From the IMG/VR virus record IMGVR_UViG_3300032323_000845, positions 1-48,497 of that record: DNA of 48,497 nt. The stretch is one strand, 5' to 3'. Position 1 is the stretch's first letter. Every line of letters starts with the position of its first letter. Position numbers and translations under genes: made by a program. This document shows positions 29,561 through 38,500 of this stretch, piece after piece. A model generated the notes under the pieces. The model was not told the origin of the DNA, searched no databases, and saw nothing but the letters and a program-made list of their open reading frames with translations. The DNA is from a virus (Duplodnaviria; Caudoviricetes).

Positions 29561-30009
29561 TGATCATCCTTGGGCAGATATTGAATTTCGGTGACAGGAA
29601 AATACGGTAAGGTTATTTCACGTTTAGATCCGCCAGGTCTGTACAAAAACATCTGCTCTCCTTCTGCTGAATCGATATATTTAAACATCACTGCGCGATC
29701 GTTCCAATACTTGCCGTCGTTGGTTCTGTAAACATGCGGATAACGAGTGCATCGCCATACATCTGTTGATTCATTTCCGTTTTGCTCCAATTGAAAATCA
29801 TCTTCAGTTATAGGTGAAATTGGAATTCTTTCAACCAGTCTTGGCAACCACTCACATAATTGTCTCATCACATTAATGTCACCGTTGGTTAGATCTACTA
29901 AATTTTCTACGAGGGTAATGGAATCTTTTCCAAAAGATGTTTCCTTAAACCCAGTTAATTCTAACTCACGTTCAGCATATTTTTTTAGATGTTCTTTTAA
30001 CGAATTCAT
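29557..30009 (-). CDS. Hypothetical phage protein (150 aa)
   Basis: Stop overlaps the carbamoyltransferase start (GTGA); protein-like composition. Confidence 0.65.
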   Translation of the reverse strand: MNSLKEHLKKYAERELELTGFKETSFGKDSITLVENLVDLTNGDINVMRQLCEWLPRLVERIPISPITEDDFQLEQNGNESTDVWRCTRYPHVYRTNDGKYWNDRAVMFKYIDSAEGEQMFLYRPGGSKREITLPYFPVTEIQYLPKDDQ

Positions 30010-30032
30010 AAATTATCTCTAGGTTATTAGGT

Positions 30033-30284
30033 TTATATATTTTTTAGTTTATTATCTAACTTTTTTCTAATTTCGACTATTTTACTTCTTAGCTCGTTGC
30101 CCTGTGTAGGTAATTGCTTTGCATAGACCATCTCTACATACATGTTGTCCATGTTTTTAACTGCAAATATGAGATCATTCAATAATCTTGTAGCTTCTAT
30201 TTTATCCTGCTCGTTGATTAGTTTGTCGATGTTCTCTCGATATTGTCTAACATCTGTTTGAAATCTTTCAGTTTGTTGTAGCAT
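30033..30284 (-). CDS. Hypothetical helical protein (83 aa)
   Basis: Overlaps the upstream NUDIX-like gene; amphipathic helical pattern. Confidence 0.6.
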   Translation of the reverse strand: MLQQTERFQTDVRQYRENIDKLINEQDKIEATRLLNDLIFAVKNMDNMYVEMVYAKQLPTQGNELRSKIVEIRKKLDNKLKNI

Positions 30285-30657
30285 TTTTAATTAACTCCAG
30301 TACAGTTTCTATTTTTACACGTATTACTTGATTATTTAATGTGGTGCGCAGGCCAGAATGCAGTTGCTTAGGCAAATGATCCAAATCTGCCCAACACACA
30401 GTCTTTGACGCCACGGTCAAAAACTCTTGATCTACTACGCACACGTATGTACCATATTCAAAACCACGATCTTCACTGAGATAGAGTTCTATAGGCACTA
30501 TTCGTCCCTGTGCGTATTGATTTAACAATGCGTTGGCATCTTCTAAGAGGCTGTTGTTGCGCTGAAACGTAGGAACTGTCCACCGATCGTTATCTAAGAT
30601 CAGTAGGATCCTACCTGTAGGTTTGGCTAAAAATAATAATCCGGCACGCTGTTGCAT
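30268..30657 (-). CDS. NUDIX-fold-like protein lacking a recognisable Nudix box
   Basis: AGLLFLA..TGRILLIL...W, Y.TYVCVVD.EF and W..L..LPK.LH resemble the phage NUDIX scaffold; start reassigned to ATG 30657 after TAAGTA-N5. Confidence 0.55.
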   Translation of the reverse strand: MQQRAGLLFLAKPTGRILLILDNDRWTVPTFQRNNSLLEDANALLNQYAQGRIVPIELYLSEDRGFEYGTYVCVVDQEFLTVASKTVCWADLDHLPKQLHSGLRTTLNNQVIRVKIETVLELIKNATTN

Positions 30658-30662
30658 GCAGA

Positions 30663-30668
30663 TACTTA
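30663..30668 (-). promoter_or_regulatory. Late promoter variant TAAGTA, 5 nt before ATG 30657
   Basis: Minus strand reads GATAAGTA-TCTGC-ATG. Confidence 0.6.
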
Positions 30669-32243
30669 TCCGCCGGCGGCTTTGAAGTTCCACTCTCCTG
30701 GCAAATACTCACCTTCAAAGGCCTTGAGCCATTGAGCGCCATCCCACTTATACTTGATTCCTGTGCGGATATTTTGGATGTGTGTGGCCGAAAATATTTC
30801 CCCTGCCATATCAGCAGCTTCTAAGGTGTTGTCTACAGGATTCCAAATTGTAGCCCATGTTTGTCCAGTCCATTCTACTATGGAGTTGGCTACAATCACG
30901 GGGTCAGTGCCGTCTTGATTTTCCCAGCTCGAGTCGTTGTTGCTGGGATTTCGCCAAGCCTGCGGACCTCGATATGGAACACTTGTGCTGTCTGCTGGCT
31001 TAGAAGGAAGATTAATGTAACCTCCGCGGTTTTCGCTGTTGTTAACATCGTCCAACATCAGAAATCTCAATCCCAACGGAATCTGTGCATGTGATCCGTA
31101 GACTTCTAAAGGATTATACTTGTAGGGATCTATAATAGCATCCACGGTACCTCTAGCAGCGACACCTGGTATTGTGCTGGCGATATCGTCATTGGCAGGA
31201 TATGTATCCGCATCTAAAGTCACAGTGAGCACTGTGGCGTCTAACGGATTAATCACAAACGTGCCTACTATTTCGAATCCGCTGACTTTTTTGAACCAAA
31301 CTTCACTACCCGGCACATACCCGCCTTGCACCTCTAGGATCTTGGCCCATTCTACAGGTTCACCGTTTTTGTATTCACGTTGATCGAGTCCTGTTGATAT
31401 TACCGCGTCAGGGGGGTTTACTATGGTGAGATCGTATTGATTGTCGTTGACTGAACCTGTGTTAGATTTAAACAGCAACACTCGATAACGACCGTATGTT
31501 TTTCCGACTAATGAATTGTTAGGCTGTGAAGTATTGTATATGAGATCTGAAAGATTTAATACTTCTCCTTGTTCAGTGAACACATTGGCCACTATGCTCT
31601 GGACAATTCCTAATTTTTTTACTTTTGCCGGCGGTGATATAAACACCGGCATTTCAAATTCCATACTACAAATGTCTATGTCGCTTTCTGCACCTTGAGG
31701 AATGGTTCTGCTGGAAAAATTAGTGTTGGTCAAGTACATGGCGCTGAGACTGGTCCAGTCAATGTAGTTGTCAGTGGTCTGCAATTCTAGGCTGGGATTG
31801 AACAGCACTAATATCTGTTCTAGCAACTGTAGTTTTTGATCTGTGTTTGAGGTCCACAGATCGGCTTTCATAGTCAGTTTGAACGGAGTGGGCATGAGTC
31901 TTTCAACAGTGTAACTGCCGCCTTGAGCGCCTGTGTATTCTCTAGTACCACTGGCGTCTGTGAATCTTCGTTCTCTTATGTGTATCTTAGATACAAATGT
32001 GGGATCACTGAGTCTACTGGTGTCCATTTCGATACCTGTGATATAGCAGGCAATCCTTGGCACAGTAGGCATTTTGTTTTCCGAATTATCTTTGATAATG
32101 CTGGCCACTTGTCTAGTTAAGTCGCCGTACATCACAGGTATTTGGCGCTGCTCGCCGTCTCCTGCTTGATATTTAAATCCAATGAACACACGCATGAACT
32201 GCGTGACATAGCGTCGTATCTGTCCGTCGTAGTGAAAATCCAT
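30666..32243 (-). CDS. gp15: Tail terminator/sheath stabiliser (T4 gp15-like) with a long C-terminal extension
   Basis: F.YDGQIRRY..QF...F, IPVMYG, PRIA..ITG, P.PF.L, QLLEQIL.LFNP gp15 motifs; directly downstream of gp14. Confidence 0.8.
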   Translation of the reverse strand: MDFHYDGQIRRYVTQFMRVFIGFKYQAGDGEQRQIPVMYGDLTRQVASIIKDNSENKMPTVPRIACYITGIEMDTSRLSDPTFVSKIHIRERRFTDASGTREYTGAQGGSYTVERLMPTPFKLTMKADLWTSNTDQKLQLLEQILVLFNPSLELQTTDNYIDWTSLSAMYLTNTNFSSRTIPQGAESDIDICSMEFEMPVFISPPAKVKKLGIVQSIVANVFTEQGEVLNLSDLIYNTSQPNNSLVGKTYGRYRVLLFKSNTGSVNDNQYDLTIVNPPDAVISTGLDQREYKNGEPVEWAKILEVQGGYVPGSEVWFKKVSGFEIVGTFVINPLDATVLTVTLDADTYPANDDIASTIPGVAARGTVDAIIDPYKYNPLEVYGSHAQIPLGLRFLMLDDVNNSENRGGYINLPSKPADSTSVPYRGPQAWRNPSNNDSSWENQDGTDPVIVANSIVEWTGQTWATIWNPVDNTLEAADMAGEIFSATHIQNIRTGIKYKWDGAQWLKAFEGEYLPGEWNFKAAGG

Positions 32244-33643
32244 TATAGGTCTGCCTCAGGTCTTAGAGCCTTGCTGAGACTCTGCTTTTCTTTGACTGTG
32301 TGTCCGTCTATGGTGTTCACAGTGGGGTTATTAATGAATGTAGATTTTTGTGTTTGTCGTACATCCTTGCCGGCAAAAGTTTTACCAGCAGCCACATCGC
32401 TGGCACCAAGATTGTTCATAGTCATGCGCACATTATCTTCAAACTTGCGCCATCTTGCGCCATCAAATCTAAACAGTCTGTTGGGTAGGTAATCTGTTCT
32501 TAATGCAAATTGCCCGTTGACAGGATTGTTCGGGAATGAAATTCCTGCGGTAAAGGGAGCACCATTAGGAGGAACCCCGTCTTCGGTTAGATATCCTTCA
32601 TAGCCATCACCATCTGACGGCAATATCACACTGCTGGCAGTCTGTCCAACATACACAGGATTTCCATCTGTGTCATACAACAGATTTCCTGCTTCGTCGG
32701 TGGCCTGTGTGGCAGCATCTACTGTGACGTCTGTAGCATCTGTACTGGCTAATTCTACATCACCGTCGGCAGTACGTTGCAGTGTATAGTACTTGCTGGT
32801 GTCATATCCACTACGTGGTGCATCTGCTTCTGCTTGATTCAATACCGCAGAAGTGATCTGCATTTCTTTTTCGTAGGTACTGACTACATCTCGCAAGGTA
32901 TCAGCCAATGCATAGTAAGGATTGTTTACCGGTCCGGGGGGCTCTATCCCAGTAACTTCTCGGATGACTTGATATTTTTTACCATTGGCAGCAAGTACCA
33001 CGTCATTAGGATAGTAAGTTATGGTCGAGTTATACGTGCCTTTGTAGAATTCTCTGTCTGCAATGTCGTCTAGAATCTGTTTGAATTCTTGACTATCTAC
33101 TAACGGCTTGCACTTGGCACGATATAAGTGCGGATACCATGTGGCTGAAAATCCTTCTGCTGCTCTACTAACTTCTTCGATCACAAAGAATCGTTTTAGA
33201 GCAAAGGTTAAATCATTGAGAGCATACTCGTCTTTGAGATGTGGTAGTTCTATAACATCGCCTGCGATGATTTTACGACCTAGTTTTTCCACAGTATCTG
33301 TGATGTGAAAAGTGATAAAGATAGTGTCATTCTGTAAGAACAAGCCAAACTGGCTGAGGTTAAAATCAATATCACTGATGTTGTAGACCCCGCGCATCAC
33401 ATATACATCGGGATCATACTTGCGGTCACGGTTTTCTAAAAACAATAGATCCTGTATGTTTGATACACTGTCACCGGTGTAATTAGGAGTGCTTGGAGTA
33501 TCGCCCTGTATAGCTGTGCCAGGACCTATGTATCTGTGCACCAGCACATCTGTGCCGCCAACTTGGAACATTTCCCAGGCGGATTTATCTATAAAGCGGA
33601 AATCGTTGCCCTTTTCGGGACGGTATAAACTGAGTCTTGGCAT
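32243..33643 (-). CDS. gp14: Neck protein (T4 gp14-like, head closure), extended
   Basis: DLLFLENRDRKY...LSQFGLFLQND..FITFH...GDVIELPHL...F.IEEV pattern; next to gp13 and gp15; start set at the ATG downstream of the minus-strand TAAATA. Confidence 0.7.
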   Translation of the reverse strand: MPRLSLYRPEKGNDFRFIDKSAWEMFQVGGTDVLVHRYIGPGTAIQGDTPSTPNYTGDSVSNIQDLLFLENRDRKYDPDVYVMRGVYNISDIDFNLSQFGLFLQNDTIFITFHITDTVEKLGRKIIAGDVIELPHLKDEYALNDLTFALKRFFVIEEVSRAAEGFSATWYPHLYRAKCKPLVDSQEFKQILDDIADREFYKGTYNSTITYYPNDVVLAANGKKYQVIREVTGIEPPGPVNNPYYALADTLRDVVSTYEKEMQITSAVLNQAEADAPRSGYDTSKYYTLQRTADGDVELASTDATDVTVDAATQATDEAGNLLYDTDGNPVYVGQTASSVILPSDGDGYEGYLTEDGVPPNGAPFTAGISFPNNPVNGQFALRTDYLPNRLFRFDGARWRKFEDNVRMTMNNLGASDVAAGKTFAGKDVRQTQKSTFINNPTVNTIDGHTVKEKQSLSKALRPEADL

Positions 33644-33650
33644 AGTCATA

Positions 33651-33671
33651 TATTTACCGCTACGATAAATA
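33651..33671. promoter_or_regulatory. Back-to-back divergent late promoters (TAAATA minus 33651-33656; plus 33666-33671)
   Basis: TATTTA-ccgctacga-TAAATA between the gp14 and gp13 starts. Confidence 0.75.
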
Positions 33672-33676
33672 CTCGT

Positions 33677-34432
33677 ATGAGCACATCCGATCAAGCCAAA
33701 AACTCTGTTTACAACTACTGCAAAACCATGCTAGGCGATGGTATGGTAGATGTAGAACTAGATCCTATACATTACGACACAGCACTTAATCGTGCTTTAG
33801 CAGTATTCCGTCAGCGTAGCGATAACGCTGTGGAAGAAAGCTACATGTTTTTAACCCTAACTGAGAGTACTAACGAGTATATCCTGCCTAAAGAAATACA
33901 GCAGGTACGACAGATATTTCGTAGATCAGTAGGCTCGAGAACTGGCAACGGAACAGGCGGTACGGTATTTGAACCATTTAATTTGGCTTATGCCAACACT
34001 TATCTGTTGAGCAGTACTAATATGGGAGGATTGCTGACCTATGAATTGTTTGCTCAGTATCAAGAATTAGTAGGCAAGATGTTTGGTAGCTACATTAATT
34101 TTACCTGGAATCCACAGAATCATAAAATTATCATACATCAACGTCCTCGTGGTGAAGAAAGTGTTATGCTAATGGTTTATAACACCAAGCCGGACTTCGC
34201 TATCATTGATGATGTATATTCCGGGCAATGGATCAAGGACTATGCTTTAGCTAACTGTAAAATGATGCTAGGGCAAGCTCGCAGCAAGTTTGGACAGATC
34301 GCAGGACCGCAGGGCGGCACCCAACTCAACGGCACAGCACTGATCACAGAAGGCCAAACCGAAATAGAAAAACTAATGGAAGATCTCAAAACTGGTATTA
34401 CTACTCAGGGTTGGGGTTGGATAACTGGTTGA
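33677..34432 (+). CDS. gp13: Neck protein (T4 gp13-like, head-tail adaptor)
   Basis: LG..MVDVELD, WIKDYALA.CK.MLGQARSKF..IAGPQGG..LNG..L..EG..E...L gp13 motifs. Confidence 0.88.
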   Translation: MSTSDQAKNSVYNYCKTMLGDGMVDVELDPIHYDTALNRALAVFRQRSDNAVEESYMFLTLTESTNEYILPKEIQQVRQIFRRSVGSRTGNGTGGTVFEPFNLAYANTYLLSSTNMGGLLTYELFAQYQELVGKMFGSYINFTWNPQNHKIIIHQRPRGEESVMLMVYNTKPDFAIIDDVYSGQWIKDYALANCKMMLGQARSKFGQIAGPQGGTQLNGTALITEGQTEIEKLMEDLKTGITTQGWGWITG

Positions 34433-34458
34433 CATCTTAATTTCGTACATGCTATAAT
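34429..34458 (+). promoter_or_regulatory. Sigma70-type (early) promoter
   Basis: TTGACA-N18-TATAAT with extended -10 TGn, upstream of the dNMP kinase gene. Confidence 0.85.
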
Positions 34459-34478
34459 TGTTCTAAAGGGGACAATTT

Positions 34479-35135
34479 ATGATCATAGGTGTATGCGGTT
34501 TTATAGGCTCAGGCAAAGACACTGTAGCCGATTATCTAGTTAATTTTCACGAATTTCGTAGAGAAAGTTTTGCGTCAACACTCAAAGATGCTGTAGCTGC
34601 GGTGTTTGGGTGGGATCGTACTCTGTTGGAAGGGCGCACTGCACAAGCTCGTGAATGGCGTGAACAAGTAGATCCGTGGTGGGCTGAACGCTTAGACATG
34701 CCTACGTTGACTCCTAGATGGGTTCTTCAGTACTGGGGAACTGAAGTATGCCGTAAGAGTTTTCACGACGATATATGGATCGCTTCGCTGGAAAATAAAC
34801 TGCGTATGAGTAAAGACCACATTGTAATTTCGGATTGTCGTTTCCCTAACGAGATTAAATCAATTAAAGATGCAGGCGGACATATTGTTTGGGTACAACG
34901 TGGTGACTTACCTGAATGGTATAATGATGCTGTTAGTGCTAACCAAGGCAATAACATAGGGCTTAACGCTATGAAAATGCGAAAAATACATGCTTCGGAA
35001 TGGGCGTGGTTGGGCAGTGATTTTGACAGCATTATCAACAACAACGGAACTATCGACGAACTGTATCAACAGAGTGCAGAACTAATAGTCAGCCACAAGG
35101 TCCCCTTGTCGCCAAGTGATTCCCTCTTTGCCTAA
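34479..35135 (+). CDS. gp1: Deoxynucleoside monophosphate kinase (T4 gp1-like)
   Basis: IIGVCGFIGSGKDTVA P-loop, SFA..LKD, TPRWVLQYWGTE, VISDCRFPNE, HASE, I.NNGT. Confidence 0.92.
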   Translation: MIIGVCGFIGSGKDTVADYLVNFHEFRRESFASTLKDAVAAVFGWDRTLLEGRTAQAREWREQVDPWWAERLDMPTLTPRWVLQYWGTEVCRKSFHDDIWIASLENKLRMSKDHIVISDCRFPNEIKSIKDAGGHIVWVQRGDLPEWYNDAVSANQGNNIGLNAMKMRKIHASEWAWLGSDFDSIINNNGTIDELYQQSAELIVSHKVPLSPSDSLFA

Positions 35136-35420
35136 TATCTCAGCACAATTCAAACATACAGTTTTGAGATTAGCGGGTCTGCAGTTATTGAGATTTTCAT
35201 CTATATGAAACACACGGAACACTTCTGTGTGTGGACTTTTGTACCCGCATTTTTCACACTGAGTCTTTGGTCGATATCCTGCTCGTTGCCAACGAGGCAC
35301 ATGAGCTGATGCACCATGTGCTAAACAGATTTCACACAGTGTTCTGTAATAGGCACGATCGTTTTTATAATAATTAACGGCTCGGGGCCGCTGTGCGCAG
35401 GCCTTGCAAAGTGGTCTCAT
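35082..35420 (-). CDS. Zinc-finger/HNH-like protein
   Basis: Four CxxC pairs; HIDENLNNCRPANLKTVCLNC HNH-type motif; own late promoter. Confidence 0.72.
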   Translation of the reverse strand: MRPLCKACAQRPRAVNYYKNDRAYYRTLCEICLAHGASAHVPRWQRAGYRPKTQCEKCGYKSPHTEVFRVFHIDENLNNCRPANLKTVCLNCAEILGKEGITWRQGDLVADY

Positions 35421-35425
35421 AATTT

Positions 35426-35431
35426 TATTTA
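35426..35431 (-). promoter_or_regulatory. Late promoter TAAATA, 5 nt before ATG 35420
   Basis: Minus strand reads GTAAATA-AAATT-ATG. Confidence 0.7.
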
Positions 35432-35487
35432 CACCTTTTTCGCCCCTTTTGTTGTGCTCCTAACTCGCTGTTTTTGGAATAGTATGC

Positions 35488-35493
35488 TAAATA
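35488..35493 (+). promoter_or_regulatory. Late promoter for the sheath-tube operon
   Basis: CTAAATA, then AGGAG SD, before ATG 35527. Confidence 0.65.
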
Positions 35494-35526
35494 TTATGAG
35501 CAACTATTACCAGGAGAATAGGCGAT

Positions 35527-38500
35527 ATGGCACTAACATCACCAGGCGTACAAGTTACGGTAATCGACGAGAGTTTTTATACACCAGCAGAACCTGGTAC
35601 AGTTCCTCTTATCGTCGTAGCTACAGCCCAAGATAAGACAAACGGAGCTGGCACTAACACAGCTTCAGCAACAACCAAAGCAAATGCTGGCAAAGCATTT
35701 AAAGTTACCAGCCAAAGAGATCTTACAGATCTGTTTGGAATTCCGTTCTTTGAGCAGACAGCGAGTTCAACTCCTATCCATGGCTCGGAGCGCAACGAAT
35801 ATGGACTATTAGCAGCATACAGTTTATTAGGTGTAAGCAACGCGGCATTCATTGTTCGTGCTGATGTAGACTTAGACGAACTTGCAGCAGCAGTGGATGC
35901 CCCGGGAGCGAACCCAGTAAACGGCAAATGGTGGATTGATACGCAGGCGACAACTTGGGGTATCCAAGAATGGAACAGTGCAGCCGCTACAACAGTAGGC
36001 GGACAGAAATTTACCAACAAAGTACCACTGGTACTCACAGACGCAGATTTTCCATCTAAGATCGACGGCGTTGCACCAAAAGAAGCTGTAGGCCAGATCG
36101 GCGATTATGCAGTGGTGTTCCGCACAGTTGAAGGCGATACTTCCTACGGTACATCAGAAGACCTAGCAAGAATCTACTACAAATCATCAGGCAATGGTGG
36201 CATTGGTGGTGGTGGCACAGCAGTTGATGCAGGCGAATGGGTGTTAGTAGGTTCAAATTCCTGGAAGGCCAGCTGGCCAGTGGTAATTAGCTCTACATAT
36301 ACAGGTAACACTGGTGGCACATTGTTTGTTAATAGTACTTCGATTGTGGGTGGCACATTAGCAACAATCGCAGCTAATATTAATGCAGCAGCTATTACAG
36401 GTGTTACAGCAAGAGTAGTATCTAACAAATTATACATTTATTCCGATGGTAGATCAGCAGCTGATGGCGCAGCTGGCGATTCCACTGGTCCAGACGGCAG
36501 AGTATTCCTAGACAACGGTACAGCGTCATGGAGCACCATTGGCATTCAAACTGGTGAATACATCAGTCCTAAACTGCAACAAACTCCGCACACAGATGTG
36601 CCTACGTTCAAACGCACTGACAACACTACTACTGTAGCAGGATATGCTACAGGTTCTGTATGGATCAAAACTACTGAACCTAATTTGGGTGCTCGTTGGA
36701 GAGCCAAACAGTGGAGCTCTGCTACACAGTCATGGGTAGCATCAGAAGCTCCGATTTATGCTTCCACAAATGCAGCTTTGTTTTATTTGGATCGCAGCGG
36801 CGGTGGCTCAAACATTTCAGCAGATACATTGTTTGTACAGAGCAACGCACAGGAAAACAGTGGATTCGACACAACACCAGACACAGCTGAATTCCGTATG
36901 TGGTATAGACACGTTGGTGCAGGTCAAGGTACCAGCATTACATCCAACATTATCAAAAGTGGAACTTTTACCGCAGCATCTACAAGAACATTTACTTTAG
37001 CTGAAAGTATTGTAGGCCAGTTGGCATTGGATGCAGCTAAGACTATTACACTGTCTACAGCCTCAGGAAATGCTCCTACAGGCGACAACAGCGATGCAGA
37101 CAAATTTGCTGCTGCTATCAACGCTGCTGGCTTCACAAACATTGAAGCTTCTGTAGTAGCTGTAACAGCAACGCAGAGCAGATTGGTAATTACTCACAAT
37201 GACGGCGGTGATTTTAGACTCACAGACGGCACAGGTACTCCTTTGTCAACACTGTTTACAGCCTACAATCTCAAGACCAGAGCAGGTACAGAAAACTTCT
37301 ATAATATCTCATTGGGCAGCGGCGCAGTGGGAGCAGAAGATCTTGCTACAGGTGCTGCAGACGACTACTTGGCATCAGGATACAAACCTCTAGCTGCAGA
37401 CGATCCAAGATTTGCTGCTGGACCTGACGCACCTCTAAATGAGCCATCAGATCAACAACTGTGGTACAATCCTAACTTTGCTGATGTGGACATTATGGTT
37501 CACAATGGCAACACATGGGTGGGTTATAGACACAGCACAGCACCTTATTTTGAAGCTGCAACAGCTACACCAAGAACAGGTTACTTACCTATTGTTGCTG
37601 CCAGCAATCCATATGTGTCGGGTGTTACTACATCAGGCGACCTATGGATCAGCACAGCCGATTTAGAAAATTTCCCAACAATATACAGATACAACAGCAA
37701 CTTAACCGATATCGGTGACGCTACACTACGTTGGGAATTAGTAGACAAAACAGATCAAACCACTGAAGAAGGTGTATTGTTTGCAGATGCTCGCTGGAAC
37801 ACAGCTGGCACAAGTTCAAGTCAATCAACTATCGAAGATTTGATCACTAATAACTTCTTAGATCCAGATGCTCCGGATCCAGCACTATATCCAAAAGGTA
37901 TGTTGTTATGGAACCTAAGACGCAGTGGCGGGAATGTCAAAAAATACAGCAACAGTTACATCGACACAGCCAGTGATAATCCAAGAACAAGCAGTGCTAC
38001 CCTAGCAGGTTCAGCTTTTGTTAGTGGCGCAGGTCTAAGCATGGAAACTTATTTCCCAGATCGTTGGGTTACTGCTTCAGGCAACAACGAAGATGGATCA
38101 GGCAGCTTTGGTCGCAAGGCACAACGTAAAGTAGTTACACAAGCGTTGAAATCAGTGATTGACACCAGCCAAGAGATCCGTGATGAAGAAAGACGTAACT
38201 TTAACATCATCGCTTGCCCAGGATATCCAGAAACTATGAGCAATCTAGTAAATCTCAATATTGATAGAGGTATTACTGCGTTTGTGGTAGGCGACACTCC
38301 GTTGAGATTGGCAGCAGATGCTACTTCCTTGAATAACTGGGGTACCAATGCAGAATTAGTTACTGATAACGGCGATGACGGTATTGTAACCTATGACGAA
38401 TACTTGGCTACATATTATCCAAACGGATTTACCACTGATCTTAGCGGTGCAAATGCAGTGGTTCCAGCAAGTCATATGATGCTGAAGACTATTGCACTCA

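Noticed and set aside
35454-35636. 60 aa ORF overlapping the sheath start
   Set aside because: It spans the promoter region and overlaps gp18 out of frame, with no supporting signals.
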